NCBI GenBank assembly: GCA_964551725.1
Contig: CAZKED010000003.1
Span: forward strand, 21,617 to 85,616
Length of the DNA: 64,000 nt
From: an uncultured archaeon
GTDB lineage: Archaea; Iainarchaeota; Iainarchaeia; Iainarchaeales; DTGL01
Direction of reading: 5' to 3'
The translations under genes and the position numbers were made by a program. Under the pieces are notes generated by a model, which saw only the letters and a list, made by a program, of their open reading frames with translations, was not told the origin of the DNA and ran no database searches. This document shows, in pieces, positions 36,765-47,569 of the stretch (the first letter of the stretch is position 1; every line of letters starts with the position of its first letter).

Positions 36765-37499
36765 TCAGATTTCCTTTTCTGCCAGCGTTCTTCTTTCTTT
36801 TGTTATTGCAATTTTTTCCGCGCCTTCCTTGCGCGGCAGAACAAACACGAATTTTAGGCTGTCCACTTTTGTGGGAGGATTGCTCATTATAAAGAAAACA
36901 GCGTTGAATGGAAGCTCATATAGAATGCCTCCCTTCGAATCGAGCAATTGCACCGAGTAGTCGCCAGCAGGCACCACGCTTATTCTCCCTTCGGCGAGGG
37001 TTGAAACTTCCTCAATTGTTGCCTCGCCCTTGTCAGTGAGTTCAAAGGTTACTTTGAGGAGGTTGTTCAAATCCTCGAATTTTTCCGTTCCAGCGCCTTC
37101 CATTGGGTTGATTAATCCCTCTGGAACATAATCAGCACCTTCAATTACTTCAACTCCATTTATGTCCTGGTTTCTCGCTTCCCCCAATACCTGCTGCATC
37201 GCCCCAGTCATCGGCTTATCCCCCACCCCCGAGGGCCCCTCGCCACCTATGCCAATGTCAATTAAGCCGGCGCGGGAGAGGAAATCCACCACAAAGAATG
37301 CCCCTATTGCAATGGAAGCAATTATCAGGGCAACTACAACAAAAATCAAAACCGTGCGCGTTTTTTTCTTTGCAAGTTTTGCCTTTGGCTTCCCCTTTCT
37401 CTCCGCGGTCTTCTCAGTCTCTTCTATCTTTTGGGGTTTTCCCTCGGGCTTTTCTTCCTTTTTTTCCTTTTTTCCTTTTTTTCTGCCCAAAAGCTTCAT
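36765..37499 (-). CDS. Hypothetical membrane-anchored protein with Lys/Glu-rich N-terminus
   Basis: 244 aa. Start overlaps the stop of the giant gene, so probably co-transcribed. Confidence 0.5.
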   Translation of the reverse strand: MKLLGRKKGKKEKKEEKPEGKPQKIEETEKTAERKGKPKAKLAKKKTRTVLIFVVVALIIASIAIGAFFVVDFLSRAGLIDIGIGGEGPSGVGDKPMTGAMQQVLGEARNQDINGVEVIEGADYVPEGLINPMEGAGTEKFEDLNNLLKVTFELTDKGEATIEEVSTLAEGRISVVPAGDYSVQLLDSKGGILYELPFNAVFFIMSNPPTKVDSLKFVFVLPRKEGAEKIAITKERRTLAEKEI

Positions 37500-40400
37500 T
37501 TACCTCCACCCCTTTGCAAACAAGTCGAATATGTCGTCAAACCATTCAAGGCTCTCGTCAGTGAACTCCCTGGGCACGCCCTCCATGCCTCCTGGCCCCA
37601 TGATGCTCCTGCCGCCGTTTGCTGTTACGCCGCCGTCACAGCAGACCTCCCATTCGCATTTCTCGCAGTGCTCCGGGTAGGAATTGGGGCAGCTTATCCC
37701 CCAGCGCTCCTGGAGCTCTTCGTCTGCATCTTGCCAGTAGGCGTAGCCGTACTCGTCGCACAGCAGGAAGGTGTGCCCCAGCTCGTGCGCGCTTACCTGT
37801 TCCTCAACGCCCTCCGCGTAAACACTCGAATACCCAAGGTAAGTGAAGCCCATGGCGCTACAGTAATCCGAATCCGTAAGACCAATATAGCGGTCAGCCG
37901 GCGCGTTGTTGATGCCGTGATCTGTGATCTTCCATAGCACTTGGTAGCAGGGATCGTCGAGGTTCAAGGGCGCATCCGAGAGCTTTTTCACCGTTACATT
38001 GAATTTTTTCTCCAGCCCTGATTTTTCAATGAAAAAATTCGACTGCCGCTCCGCCTCTTCCTCGAATTCCTGCATTGAGCCCTGCCAGTTCAATGGGATA
38101 ACACCGATGACAAAGTCGGGCTTTTCCAGCGAAAAATTGTCGGTAAACTGCTTCTGGCCGTTCACGAAAAACTCCACGGTGTGGGAACCGTATGCCATTT
38201 CTTTATCACTCCCCGCGATTTCCATGAAAGCGTAGGTAATGGAGCTGCCGCTGTTCTCGGCGCGCTTCACCACCTCGCTGATTTTTCCCTGCGGTCCAGT
38301 GAACACCCATTTCAATTCAGCGTTTTTCCCGACATTCCCCAAGTGCACCCTGCTGATGAGCCAGGGGTCAGTGAACTTGAAACTAGAACTCGGGACATTG
38401 CAGGAAAGGTCGTCGTTCAGGTACTTGCATAGCTCGTGGGATTCCACAAGGTTGCCTCTTGAAACATAGAAAGGTGCCTTGTAGTTGTAGGTAATCATCC
38501 TAGAGCCGTCTAGCGCAACGTCAACCGAGGCGAACACCCACCACGTTCCGACCAGGTATTTTCCATAGCCCGCCTGATTTATGTAAGAGGGCGAGATGTA
38601 GTCATAGCTTTCGCCCGGCGTCTCGTCCCCGGAAGTGCCGTCAGGCCAGACCCAGCGCCACCTGTATGCCTTGGGCTCAAAGGTGTGCACAACCGTGCTG
38701 CCCTCGACTGTATCGACTATCTCCTCCGGAACAGTCAGCACTGCAATAACCCACTCGTCGTTTGTGGAAAACCTGTCGGCGGCGGCCCAGGGCGTGCCGT
38801 CGGTGTAAAGACCGTGGGCTGTCACAAGCTCGATGAACAAATGGTCGGTTTCCATGGTAGGCTCTATCCTGAAGGAATCCGTGAATTTCAGCTCGCCGTT
38901 GTAATAGAACTCGACAATCCAGTCGTTCCTGAAGAGCTCTGTATAGGGCATTCCGTCCAAGTCAAGGTAGTTGGCGTACTGGAACTCGCCGATTGACTCC
39001 CATTCGACCTCGTATGCCTCCTTGAAATAAGGAGCGAATTCTGTGCCGTGCGAGTTCTTGAAAACCCAGTAGAATGTATCGCCCTTCCTGGGGTTTGCGA
39101 TGTTCACCCAGGAAGCGATGTAGGGGTCGGAATCCTTGAAGCTTGTGGACTTGCCGATGCAGTGGAACTCCTTGTCGATGTCCCTGCACAGGCTGTGCTC
39201 TTTTATGCTTGTCTCGCTGGAAATCTCGCAGCCTGTAAGCATCGAAACATACGTGCCTGGCTCTGTGCCAGGGCACTGGTCCTTGTCGTTGGGGACGTCA
39301 TCCCCGTCCGAATCATCCTCGCGGTATTTTATTTCAAACGCGTCGGAGAACTGCTTTTCGCCGTTAAGGTAAAAGTCAACACGCCAGTCAAAACTGACCG
39401 CATCGTAGGGGATGTCCTGCGGCCAGTCACCAGGGTCAAGGCTGATGATCGCATAATTCATAAGCTCTTCGCCTGGCTCAAAAACGTTCTTAACGATTTC
39501 CCTTGAAACCTGCTCTTCCCCGGTTTCCCTGTCAATGTACACGAAATCCCACTTGAGCGCATCGGAATAGGCAAGCTTTTCAAAAGACACGATGCTGTAG
39601 AGGTATTCCTTTCCGTAATAGAAGTAATCCCTTTCAACCCAACTCTCTGTCTCCTCCTCAAATGTCTCGAGGGAGTGTTCTTTTACCACGGAATCGCTTG
39701 CAGTCTTGCAGCCGAACTCGTTTACTTCCGAGCCTTCCGGAGTTTCAGGGCACATGTCGATGTCATCAGGAATGCCGTCGCCGTCGGTGTCCTCAACAAC
39801 CAGGCAGCCCTCGTCTACCACGTTGTCGCAGTCGTCGTCCACGCCGTTGCATTTCTCCTCTGCCCCGGGGTGAATGCTGGCGTTGCTGTCGTCGCAGTCA
39901 ATTTCCTCTTCAGAGCCGTCTGAATCGCTGTCCACTATTTCCTCCACCACAGCGGCAGGGGAAGAGCCCCAAGACAAGAGGTAGAGGTCTGTTTCAGGGT
40001 AAGCGCTCCAGCCCCCGGGATGGTGTGCCAGCACAATGTTCTGCCCTGCGCCGTCGATGTAAGAGCCGTCAAAGCCTGCGCTCCAGCCGGCCCAGCCAAA
40101 GAATCCGTGGTGTGGGTCCTGGTAATCGCCTTCCGAGCCTACCAGTATGTTTTCGCGCGTTCCCTGCGCGTTCAAAATGTAACACCTGGCGCCGTCCCTG
40201 TACACTATTGCAGAGCCTGTGCTGTTCACAGAACACTGCACGCCGCTGCTCTCCCTTTCGGTGATGGGCCAGTGCTCGCCTGATGCCCTGTCCCACGCGA
40301 AAGAAGGGCCGTTGTACTTGCTTGTGATAACATAGTCCTGCGTTCCGGCAAAGTTTGTGAAGGGGTAGTCGTTTTCTGCGCCGAAATCCGTTTCCTTTTT

Positions 40401-42023
40401 CAGCTGTCCGGTGTCAAGGTTGAAAGAGTAAACGTCGTTGTCATAGATGTCCGAGGAGTTGTCGAGCTGGAAGAAAACATCGCTCCCAGACATCATGATG
40501 TAAGAGCCCCAGCCGAAGTTAGGGTATTGGTCCAGTGCAGCCTTGAATATGAGTTCCTGTGAGCCGTCCCAGCCCACTTTGACCAGGCCCATGTCGGCCT
40601 TGTCGTTTCCCCTGTGGCCGCTCTTGACAAGCGAGACCAGCGCAACGATTTCGTCGCTTTCGTTTATCGCAATCGCTTCGAAAATCGAGCCGTCGTAGCC
40701 GGGAAACACCGCCAGCTTGCTGAAGCTGAGCTCTGAGCCATCGGAATTCATGAAGCCAAAGTACTCGCCCCAGCTCCAGGCTGTCTGGTTGTTCTGGTTT
40801 GCCCTCTGGGCAAAAAACACCACCTTTGAGCCGTCCCTGCTCAGGAGCGGAGTGTTGAACCTCGACATGTAGTAATAGGTTGTGCTCCCAGACCTGCCCT
40901 CTTCAACGGTCTTGCCCTCGAAGGCGCGCGTGAGGCTGCTGCCGTCCGCGTTCACTGTGTAAATGCTGTAGTGCGCCTTTGTCCAAGAGCGCTCGTCGCT
41001 CAGCCAATACTCCGCAATAAAAGCAACTTTGCTCCCGTCGAAGGAAATCGAGGGGTTCCTCGCGCTTGTCTCGCCTGCAGTAAACGGAGTGAGGAGCGTT
41101 ACCGTGGGAACAACCCGCCCCTCAAGGGGTATAGGTGTGGGAGTCGCAGTAGGGGTCGGAGTCGGGCTTGGGCTCGGGGAAGGGCTTGGCGAAGGAGATG
41201 GACTTGGCGAGGGAGAAGGACTCGGACTGGGAGAAGGGCTTGGACTTGGAGAGGGGCTGGGTGAAGGTGAGGGCGATGGACTAGGACTCGGGGAGGGGCA
41301 AGGGCTAGGGCTTGGAGAAGGGGACGGAGAGGGACTGGGCGAAGGAGAGGGGGAAGGAGAAGGACTCGGCGAGGGCGAGGGTGAAGGCGATGGAGAGGGA
41401 CTCGGCGAAGGACTGGGGGAAGGGGATGGACTCGGGCTGGGGCTCGGCGAGGGAGAAGGACTTGGACTCGGGCTCGGGGAAGGACTCGGAGAAGGCGATG
41501 GGGAGGGCTCGGGCTCCTCGCCCGCGCATTGCCCTGCCAGGGTTGGCGCATAGGTGAATGTAATTTCATCGAAGGTCGGGGAAACGTTGGAAAGATTCAT
41601 TTTTGCGTAGGTGTTTTCTATTGTTTTTACAACGTAAGTGTGGCCAACTATCGCTTTTGGGTTGCACACCCAGTCCCCTTCTGGAAGTGAGGTCACTGAG
41701 TCAAGGGGAACCGACCCGGCGTCCTTGAAGCATTTTAGCCAAAAGTAATTTTCATCCGCTTCGCAGTTTGTAGTTTCTTCCTGTCCTCCCGTGTCCAGGC
41801 CGGCTCCGTCTCCATAGCCGGAAATTGGAGTGCTGTACCAGAATACAACCCTCACATCGCCTGAAAACTGGTCATCAGTGACTGCACCCGCCGAGAAGTC
41901 AAAGTAATCCATGTGAGTGAGTATTATTTCCTCGCATGCCGCGGAAGAAAAAGGCAAAAGCGCCGCTAGGAATAACAGCACGGGAACAATTTCGATTAAC
42001 CTGTCCTTTCCCCATGGCGCCAT
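37500..42023 (-). CDS. Giant secreted multidomain surface protein (1507 aa)
   Basis: Signal peptide. Roughly 155-aa (PS)n linker. PD40/TolB-like propeller repeats (DGSKVAF..., DGSKVVFF...). [16 protein letters not shown] (MopE-like) and [15 protein letters not shown] / [16 protein letters not shown] (TSP3-like Ca-binding). C-terminal [13 protein letters not shown] (HExxH) followed by a Cys-rich tail. Confidence 0.8.
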   Translation of the reverse strand: MAPWGKDRLIEIVPVLLFLAALLPFSSAACEEIILTHMDYFDFSAGAVTDDQFSGDVRVVFWYSTPISGYGDGAGLDTGGQEETTNCEADENYFWLKCFKDAGSVPLDSVTSLPEGDWVCNPKAIVGHTYVVKTIENTYAKMNLSNVSPTFDEITFTYAPTLAGQCAGEEPEPSPSPSPSPSPSPSPSPSPSPSPSPSPSPSPSPSPSPSPSPSPSPSPSPSPSPSPSPSPSPSPSPSPSPCPSPSPSPSPSPSPSPSPSPSPSPSPSPSPSPSPSPSPSPSPSPSPTPTPTATPTPIPLEGRVVPTVTLLTPFTAGETSARNPSISFDGSKVAFIAEYWLSDERSWTKAHYSIYTVNADGSSLTRAFEGKTVEEGRSGSTTYYYMSRFNTPLLSRDGSKVVFFAQRANQNNQTAWSWGEYFGFMNSDGSELSFSKLAVFPGYDGSIFEAIAINESDEIVALVSLVKSGHRGNDKADMGLVKVGWDGSQELIFKAALDQYPNFGWGSYIMMSGSDVFFQLDNSSDIYDNDVYSFNLDTGQLKKETDFGAENDYPFTNFAGTQDYVITSKYNGPSFAWDRASGEHWPITERESSGVQCSVNSTGSAIVYRDGARCYILNAQGTRENILVGSEGDYQDPHHGFFGWAGWSAGFDGSYIDGAGQNIVLAHHPGGWSAYPETDLYLLSWGSSPAAVVEEIVDSDSDGSEEEIDCDDSNASIHPGAEEKCNGVDDDCDNVVDEGCLVVEDTDGDGIPDDIDMCPETPEGSEVNEFGCKTASDSVVKEHSLETFEEETESWVERDYFYYGKEYLYSIVSFEKLAYSDALKWDFVYIDRETGEEQVSREIVKNVFEPGEELMNYAIISLDPGDWPQDIPYDAVSFDWRVDFYLNGEKQFSDAFEIKYREDDSDGDDVPNDKDQCPGTEPGTYVSMLTGCEISSETSIKEHSLCRDIDKEFHCIGKSTSFKDSDPYIASWVNIANPRKGDTFYWVFKNSHGTEFAPYFKEAYEVEWESIGEFQYANYLDLDGMPYTELFRNDWIVEFYYNGELKFTDSFRIEPTMETDHLFIELVTAHGLYTDGTPWAAADRFSTNDEWVIAVLTVPEEIVDTVEGSTVVHTFEPKAYRWRWVWPDGTSGDETPGESYDYISPSYINQAGYGKYLVGTWWVFASVDVALDGSRMITYNYKAPFYVSRGNLVESHELCKYLNDDLSCNVPSSSFKFTDPWLISRVHLGNVGKNAELKWVFTGPQGKISEVVKRAENSGSSITYAFMEIAGSDKEMAYGSHTVEFFVNGQKQFTDNFSLEKPDFVIGVIPLNWQGSMQEFEEEAERQSNFFIEKSGLEKKFNVTVKKLSDAPLNLDDPCYQVLWKITDHGINNAPADRYIGLTDSDYCSAMGFTYLGYSSVYAEGVEEQVSAHELGHTFLLCDEYGYAYWQDADEELQERWGISCPNSYPEHCEKCEWEVCCDGGVTANGGRSIMGPGGMEGVPREFTDESLEWFDDIFDLFAKGWR
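41066..41531 (-). repeat. Degenerate hexanucleotide tandem repeat encoding the (Pro-Ser)n linker of the giant protein
   Basis: About 75 PS dipeptides with synonymous codon variation (TCN/AGY, CCN), one embedded Cys. Generates the GLGEG/PRPL antisense ORFs in the track. Confidence 0.8.
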
Positions 42024-42134
42024 TCTTATCGCTCCTATTGTGCGGTTTTTATTCTGCTACTTTTTGCTACTTTTTATTGCTTTATTTTATTTAATACTAT
42101 CGCAGGTCCAATGCCGGGCTCTTTCGCGGAATTT

Positions 42135-43403
42135 TCAGAGCTTTCTTTTGTCGGTCACATGCTTTGATTTTCCTTCCGTGCGCGGCAGTGCCCCGGGTTC
42201 CATTAACGAAACTTTTGCCCTTATCTGAAGCACAGAAACCAGGCTTTCGGAAAGCTTTTTTTCCGTTGCCGCCAGCGCATTCTTGTCGTTCCATGTTTTT
42301 TCCGAAACTTCAACCTGCACTTCTATTGTGTCCAGGTTGTTGACCCTGTCGACAATTATCTGGTAAAATGGTTCCAGTCCCTCGGTATCCAACAGAACGG
42401 TTTCAATCTGCGACGGGAACACATTTATCCCGCGGATTATGAGCATGTCGTCCACGCGCCCGGAAACGCGCTCCATTCTGGGATGAGTTCGCCCGCAGCT
42501 GCATTTATCGTAGTAGAGTTTTGTTATGTCCTTTGTCCTGTAGCGCAGCACGGGAAATCCCTCTTTTGTTATGGTTGTCAACACGAGTTCGCCTTCCTCT
42601 CCATCGGGCAATACTTCGCCTGTCACGGAATCGATTATTTCGGGTATAAAGTGGTCGTCGAAAATGTGCAGCCCGTTTTGCTCGGAGCACTCGGATGCAA
42701 CGCCCGGACCGATTATTTCCGTCAGACCGTACATGTCGTATGCCTTTATTCCGGTTCTGTTTTCTATTTCTTCGCGCATGCTGTTTGACCACGGCTCCGC
42801 GCCAAAAAAGCCTGTTTTGACCTTGATTTTGTTTTTGTCGGTGTTCATTTGGTCCATTGCGCCGAAAAGGTACAGCGAATAAGAGGGAGTGCAGCAAAGC
42901 ACGGTTGTTCCAAAATCCTGCATTAACATTACCTGCCTTTTAGTGTTGCCCGTGGAAATCGGCACTACTGCCGCGCCCACTTTTTGTGCGCCGTAATGGA
43001 AGCCCAGCCCTCCGGTGAAAAGCCCGTAGCCGTACGCGTTCTGCACCACGTCCTTGCTGGAAACGCCTGCCGCGGTAAAAGCGCGCGCCATCACTTCGCT
43101 CCACACTTCGTCGATGTCTCTCTGGGTGTAGCCGACAACAATTGGTTTGCCCGTGGTGCCCGAGGACGCGTGGAGTTCAACTATTTCGGACAGCGGCACC
43201 GCGAACATCCCGAAAGGGTATGTTTTGCGCAAGTCGTCTTTTACGGTGAAGGGAATTCTTTTGAGGTCTTCAAGGGTTTTCAGGTCGGCTGGCTTGAAGC
43301 CGGCTTCCCTGAATTTTTTTTTGTAGAACGGTATTTTTGCGCACCGCTGCACCGCCCGCTTCAGCCTTTTCAGCTGAATTCTTTCCCTTTCCTTCAAGGT
43401 CAT
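42135..43403 (-). CDS. paaK: Phenylacetate-CoA ligase family protein (PaaK/F390-synthetase-like)
   Basis: [18 protein letters not shown]...SSGTTGKP...YGLTE... PaaK-type short adenylate-forming enzyme. ORF track starts 12 codons upstream. Confidence 0.75.
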   Translation of the reverse strand: MTLKERERIQLKRLKRAVQRCAKIPFYKKKFREAGFKPADLKTLEDLKRIPFTVKDDLRKTYPFGMFAVPLSEIVELHASSGTTGKPIVVGYTQRDIDEVWSEVMARAFTAAGVSSKDVVQNAYGYGLFTGGLGFHYGAQKVGAAVVPISTGNTKRQVMLMQDFGTTVLCCTPSYSLYLFGAMDQMNTDKNKIKVKTGFFGAEPWSNSMREEIENRTGIKAYDMYGLTEIIGPGVASECSEQNGLHIFDDHFIPEIIDSVTGEVLPDGEEGELVLTTITKEGFPVLRYRTKDITKLYYDKCSCGRTHPRMERVSGRVDDMLIIRGINVFPSQIETVLLDTEGLEPFYQIIVDRVNNLDTIEVQVEVSEKTWNDKNALAATEKKLSESLVSVLQIRAKVSLMEPGALPRTEGKSKHVTDKRKL

Positions 43404-43555
43404 TGTTTCTGCTTTCCTGTTCCAGTACAATAAAAGCACCCCCGAACAAATGCGTTGAAATAATTCGCATGAAAAGGTTTAAAAAAGCAGGGAGACCTCC
43501 CGCTTTACGCGCGGGTGGGTGAAATGTTTAAAAAATCAAGCGGGCTTTATTTTCG

Positions 43556-46252
43556 TTGGAGCGAAGGGGTGGTTGCCTGAATCCTGAAGGACTGTCAAAG
43601 CTGTTCGACCCCGAATCCATTGCGGTGATAGGAGCAAGCAACAGGGAGGGAAGCGTCGGCTTTGCCTTAATGAAGAACCTAGTGGGTTCGGGCTATGAGG
43701 GCACAATTTATCCCGTGAACCCCAAAAGGAAGAACGTTCTCGGAATTCACTGCTATGAGAGCATTAATGAAGTGCCGGTGACGCCGGACCTGGCGGTCAT
43801 AGCCGTTCCTGCCCTTGTCGTGCCAAAAGTTGTCAGAGAATGCATTGAAAAGGGAACAAAGTCCTTTGTGGTTTTAAGCGCGGGATTCGGGGAAATAGGA
43901 GAGGACGGGAGGAAAATAGAGAGGGAACTGAAAAAAACAATCGAAAAAGGCAGTGCAACCCTGCTCGGACCGAACTGCCTCGGCTTCATAAGACCCGGCA
44001 AAAACCTCAACGCAAGCTTTGCGACAAGGAACGCGTTGAGCGGGAAAATCGCGCTCATAAGCCAGAGCGGAGCGCTCTGCTCGGGAATACTCGACTGGGC
44101 TCTGAAGCAGAACGTCGGCTTCAAGTACTTCGTGTCAGTGGGCGCAATGCTGGATGTTAACTTTGCGGACTTGATTGACTTTTTCGCCGAAGACCCTGAA
44201 GTACAAAGCATTGTCATATACATGGAGTCAATAAAGGACGCCAGAAAATTCATGTCCGCGGCAAGAGCCTTTTCAAGGAACAGGCCCATAATCGTGGCAA
44301 AGTCGGGAAAGTATTCGGAAAGCGCAAAGGCGGCAATATCCCACACCGGTTCGATGGCGGGAAATTCCGCTGTCTTTGACGCGGCGTTCAAGCGCGCGGG
44401 AATAATCCGCGTTGAAACAATCACAGACCTGTTCAACTGCAGCGAAGCCATTTCGCGCCTGCCGCTGCCGAAGGGAAACAGGCTGGCGGTTGTGACAAAC
44501 GCCGGCGGTCCGGGGGTAATGGCAGCGGACGCAATAGTGAAATACGAATGCCGGCTCGCCCGACTCTCAAAAAAAACCATGGAGGAACTGGAAAAGGAAA
44601 TGCCAATGCACTGGAGCAGGAATAACCCGGTCGATATCCTGGGGGACTCCCCGCCCGAAAAATATGGAAAAGCGCTTGAAATTGTCGCAGCAGACGAAAA
44701 CGTTGACGGAATAATCACGCTTTTCGCACCCCAGGCGGTTTCCGACCCGCTTGAAATGGCTTCCGCTGTAATCAGCACAGCGAAAAATTCACGGAAACCC
44801 GTTCTCGCGAGCTGGATCGGTGAAGATTTTGTCGCGGAAGCAAGGGACTATTTGGGCAAAAACGGGGTCCCGAATTACGACACGCCTGAAGAGGCGGTGC
44901 GCGTGTTCCACTACCTTCACTCCTTTGTTCGCAACCACAAGTTCCTGTACGAAACGCCCAAGGAAATTCCGCTGAAGGTAAAAAAAGGCGCGAAAAACGC
45001 GGTAAGGGAACTCATAAAGGAATACCGCGGCAAAGGCGTAAGGACGATGAGCGAAACCGACTCAAAAAAAGTGCTCGAACAATACAGCATTCCCGTGAAC
45101 CTGACGCTTTTTGCGAAAAACGCCGGGGAAGCAGCAAGGAAAGCCAAAAAAATCGGCTACCCGATTGCAATGAAAATTGTTTCGGGAAAAATAACCCACA
45201 AAAGCGATGTCGGCGGGGTAATACTCAACATTCCCAACGAGGGCGAATTGAAAAAAGCGTTCAGTGAACTTAAAAAAAGGGCAAGAGAAAAGGCGAACTG
45301 CGAAATCGAGGGCGTGAGCGTGCAAAAAATGGTTTCCGCAACCGGACCCGAACTGATAATCGGCTCTGCAACCGATTCCATATTCGGTCCGGTTATTCTG
45401 TTCGGCGGGGGAGGCACTGCGGTGGAACTCTACAGGGACAAAGCGATAGGACTGCCGCCGCTGAACCAGACTCTTTCAGAACAACTGGTCGGAAGCACCA
45501 AGGTAAGCAGTCTGCTGAAAGGGCACAGGGGAAAGCCCGCCGCTAACCTGCAAGAACTGCAGCGCATTCTGATGCATTTCTCAAAACTCGTTGTTGACTT
45601 TCCCGAAATACGGGAAGCCGACCTGAATCCCGTGATGCCGTCCGGCAGGAAATTCAGGGTGGTTGACGCAAGGATTGTGCTCGATTTTTCTCAAGAAAAT
45701 GCAAAAAAGCACGGGAATCTCTCAATAGTGCCTTATCCCGAGGAGTTCAGGAAAAAGGCAAAACTTGAAAAAGGTCAAAGGGTTTTGCTGAGAGCAATAA
45801 TGCCGGAGGACGAGCGCAGAATGCACGCCTTGTTTCACACATTTTCCCCGAACACCGTGAGGCAGAGGTTTTTTCACATGATTCGCGACATGGACCACGA
45901 AACGCTGGCAAGATACTGCTTCAACGACTACGACAGGGAAATAGCCATCGTGGGGGAAATCGGGAAGGGCAATAAAAGGAAGCTTGTCGGAGTCGTGAGG
46001 CTGATGCGCGACTTTGGAAAGGATTCCGCGGAATTCGCAATAGTGGTAACGGACAAATGGCAGAAATTAGGGCTTGGCACTGAAATGCTGAAATTCATAC
46101 AAAAAATCGCAAAAGACCGCGGCATAAAAAAAATCTGGGGAAGAATCCTTTCAGACAACACTGAAATGATGAAGCTAATGCGCAGTGAAAAATTCGAATT
46201 CAGGGGATTCAGCGAACCCGGCGTTTACCACGTTGAAAAGCAAATACGGTGA
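43556..46252 (+). CDS. NDP-forming (ADP-forming) acyl-CoA synthetase alpha+beta fusion with C-terminal GNAT acetyltransferase domain (Pat-like)
   Basis: 898 aa. CoA-binding SIAVIGASNREGSVG, phospho-His motif ISHTGSMAG, ATP-grasp region, then GNAT (VVRLMRDFG...FAIVVTDKWQKLGLGTEMLKFIQKIAKDRGIKKIWGRIL). Confidence 0.8.
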   Translation: MERRGGCLNPEGLSKLFDPESIAVIGASNREGSVGFALMKNLVGSGYEGTIYPVNPKRKNVLGIHCYESINEVPVTPDLAVIAVPALVVPKVVRECIEKGTKSFVVLSAGFGEIGEDGRKIERELKKTIEKGSATLLGPNCLGFIRPGKNLNASFATRNALSGKIALISQSGALCSGILDWALKQNVGFKYFVSVGAMLDVNFADLIDFFAEDPEVQSIVIYMESIKDARKFMSAARAFSRNRPIIVAKSGKYSESAKAAISHTGSMAGNSAVFDAAFKRAGIIRVETITDLFNCSEAISRLPLPKGNRLAVVTNAGGPGVMAADAIVKYECRLARLSKKTMEELEKEMPMHWSRNNPVDILGDSPPEKYGKALEIVAADENVDGIITLFAPQAVSDPLEMASAVISTAKNSRKPVLASWIGEDFVAEARDYLGKNGVPNYDTPEEAVRVFHYLHSFVRNHKFLYETPKEIPLKVKKGAKNAVRELIKEYRGKGVRTMSETDSKKVLEQYSIPVNLTLFAKNAGEAARKAKKIGYPIAMKIVSGKITHKSDVGGVILNIPNEGELKKAFSELKKRAREKANCEIEGVSVQKMVSATGPELIIGSATDSIFGPVILFGGGGTAVELYRDKAIGLPPLNQTLSEQLVGSTKVSSLLKGHRGKPAANLQELQRILMHFSKLVVDFPEIREADLNPVMPSGRKFRVVDARIVLDFSQENAKKHGNLSIVPYPEEFRKKAKLEKGQRVLLRAIMPEDERRMHALFHTFSPNTVRQRFFHMIRDMDHETLARYCFNDYDREIAIVGEIGKGNKRKLVGVVRLMRDFGKDSAEFAIVVTDKWQKLGLGTEMLKFIQKIAKDRGIKKIWGRILSDNTEMMKLMRSEKFEFRGFSEPGVYHVEKQIR

Positions 46253-46316
46253 CCGGAAAGTTGTACTGCAATGCGATTCACGTCTTATTTTAATTGTTTT
46301 TTCCCACAAATCGGTT

Positions 46317-46345
46317 GTTCACCTGTGAACGGCATTTATAAATAC
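46317..46345 (+). promoter_or_regulatory. Perfect palindrome GTTCAC-CT-GTGAAC next to TATA-like TTTATAAATA
   Basis: 46317-46330 palindrome, 46336-46345 TATA, about 40-55 nt upstream of the 46383/46392 start. Candidate operator/promoter. Confidence 0.35.
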
Positions 46346-46382
46346 AGTGTACAGCCACATTTGATTCAGTGAATTTTTTGAG

Positions 46383-46697
46383 GTGGTTCAATTGGCAAGA
46401 AAAAAAGAGAGCGATATCGACAAAAGCATTCCGAGCCCGGAAAAGCTCAGGGAAATACTCCATGTCGTGAGAAAAGAGGTGCCGGGAATGATTCGCGAAA
46501 TAGCGGATCTCCTTTACAGCGAAAAGGCGGCAAAGGACATGGGAAAAGCAGTCGGCATATACTACAAAACCCTTATCGAGGCAGGCATTCCAAAAGAGGC
46601 AGCGCTGGAAATGACCAAAGGCTATGTCCTCGACATGGGAAGGATGTTCGACAAGGGACACTGGAATATAAACTCCCGCCAAGGCAGAGATGACTGA
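46383..46697 (+). CDS. Hypothetical protein
   Basis: 104 aa. GTG start in the track; TTG at 46392 has better SD spacing. Confidence 0.4.
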   Translation: MVQLARKKESDIDKSIPSPEKLREILHVVRKEVPGMIREIADLLYSEKAAKDMGKAVGIYYKTLIEAGIPKEAALEMTKGYVLDMGRMFDKGHWNINSRQGRDD

Positions 46698-46700
46698 AAA

Positions 46701-46913
46701 ATGGAAAAAGGAAAGCTGAGAAAGGCTGCCGGCTACACGGCAATACTTCCCCCCGCAATGGCACTGGGCGGAAGAATGGTCCTGCTCGGATTAGAGATAA
46801 GGCTCAAGAAGCGAAAATCCAAAAAGCATTTCAGACAGGGACTCCTGAAAGCCGGTCTCTCCGAAAGAGACGCGGAGAGGGTTGCGAGGGGGTGCTTCAG
46901 TGGGAAAAACTGA
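46701..46913 (+). CDS. Hypothetical small basic protein
   Basis: 70 aa with one hydrophobic segment. Confidence 0.3.
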   Translation: MEKGKLRKAAGYTAILPPAMALGGRMVLLGLEIRLKKRKSKKHFRQGLLKAGLSERDAERVARGCFSGKN

Positions 46914-47319
46914 GGAACTGGAGAAAAAGCTCAGAATTCTGCAGGACAGGCTGGAATCCGTTGAAAAGGCGGTGCCGCTGGTGCAGGAATTACTGCACTT
47001 GAGCGAGTCCCTTAATATCCCCTTGAACCTCTACAGTGGACAGCTGAAACAACTGCTTGTATTGAACGGCTTGAAGAAAAAAATTCCGGAAGTGGGAAAA
47101 GACGAAATCTCCAAGGCAATAATCCAAGCATTGCTCGAAAAACCAGGGCAAAACATCACAAAGCTTTCGCAAAGCGTTGCAGCCATACGCGGAAAGGCAT
47201 CCAGGAGAATTATTTCAGAGCGCCTTGCAAAACTCGAAGCCCTGGGAATAGCCGAATTCTCCGAGGGAAAAAACAACGAAAAACTGTTCCGCCTGAAAGG
47301 CCAGAAGCGCGTGACCTGA
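46900..47319 (+). CDS. Hypothetical helical protein, possible winged-helix regulator
   Basis: Start set at GTG 46900 (SD GAGGGGG 8 nt upstream); track start 46882 is TTG. Coiled-coil N-terminus, C-terminal wHTH-like segment. Confidence 0.4.
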   Translation: MGKTEELEKKLRILQDRLESVEKAVPLVQELLHLSESLNIPLNLYSGQLKQLLVLNGLKKKIPEVGKDEISKAIIQALLEKPGQNITKLSQSVAAIRGKASRRIISERLAKLEALGIAEFSEGKNNEKLFRLKGQKRVT

Positions 47320-47464
47320 AACCGCACTGCAATATTCTTTTCCGTTTCAAAAAAACCTGCTCGTTTAAAAAAAAGGATTAATTCCAAAGAATGCCTGCTT
47401 TTTTAAAAAAAGGCTTTTCTGTTTCCGTTCAAAAAAAAGAGTTTTTATTAAGTATGCCGGAAAT

Positions 47465-47536
47465 TGAATTAAGCGCCCCTGTAGTATAACGGACAGAACG
47501 CGGGCTTCCGGAGCCTGAGGTCGGGGTTCGATTCCC
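47465..47536 (+). tRNA. tRNA-Arg (anticodon CCG)
   Basis: Acceptor GCCCCTG/CAGGGGC, anticodon stem CGGGC/GCCTG (one G-U) with loop TTCCGGA, T arm CGGGG-TTCGATT-CCCTG, discriminator A. One A-A mismatch in the D stem. No CCA. Confidence 0.65.
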
Positions 47537-47569
47537 TGCAGGGGCATTCTGCCGCGCTTTTGCCTGCGC

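Noticed and set aside
39662-40296. Arg/Cys-rich 200-aa plus-strand ORF and neighbours
   Set aside because: They are antisense to the giant surface-protein gene, which has consistent domain structure.
41029-41569. Long plus- and minus-frame ORFs translating to GLGEGxGLG... and PRPLL/PHRLL repeats
   Set aside because: They are alternate-frame/antisense readings of the (Pro-Ser)n coding repeat of the giant gene. Low-complexity, no start context.
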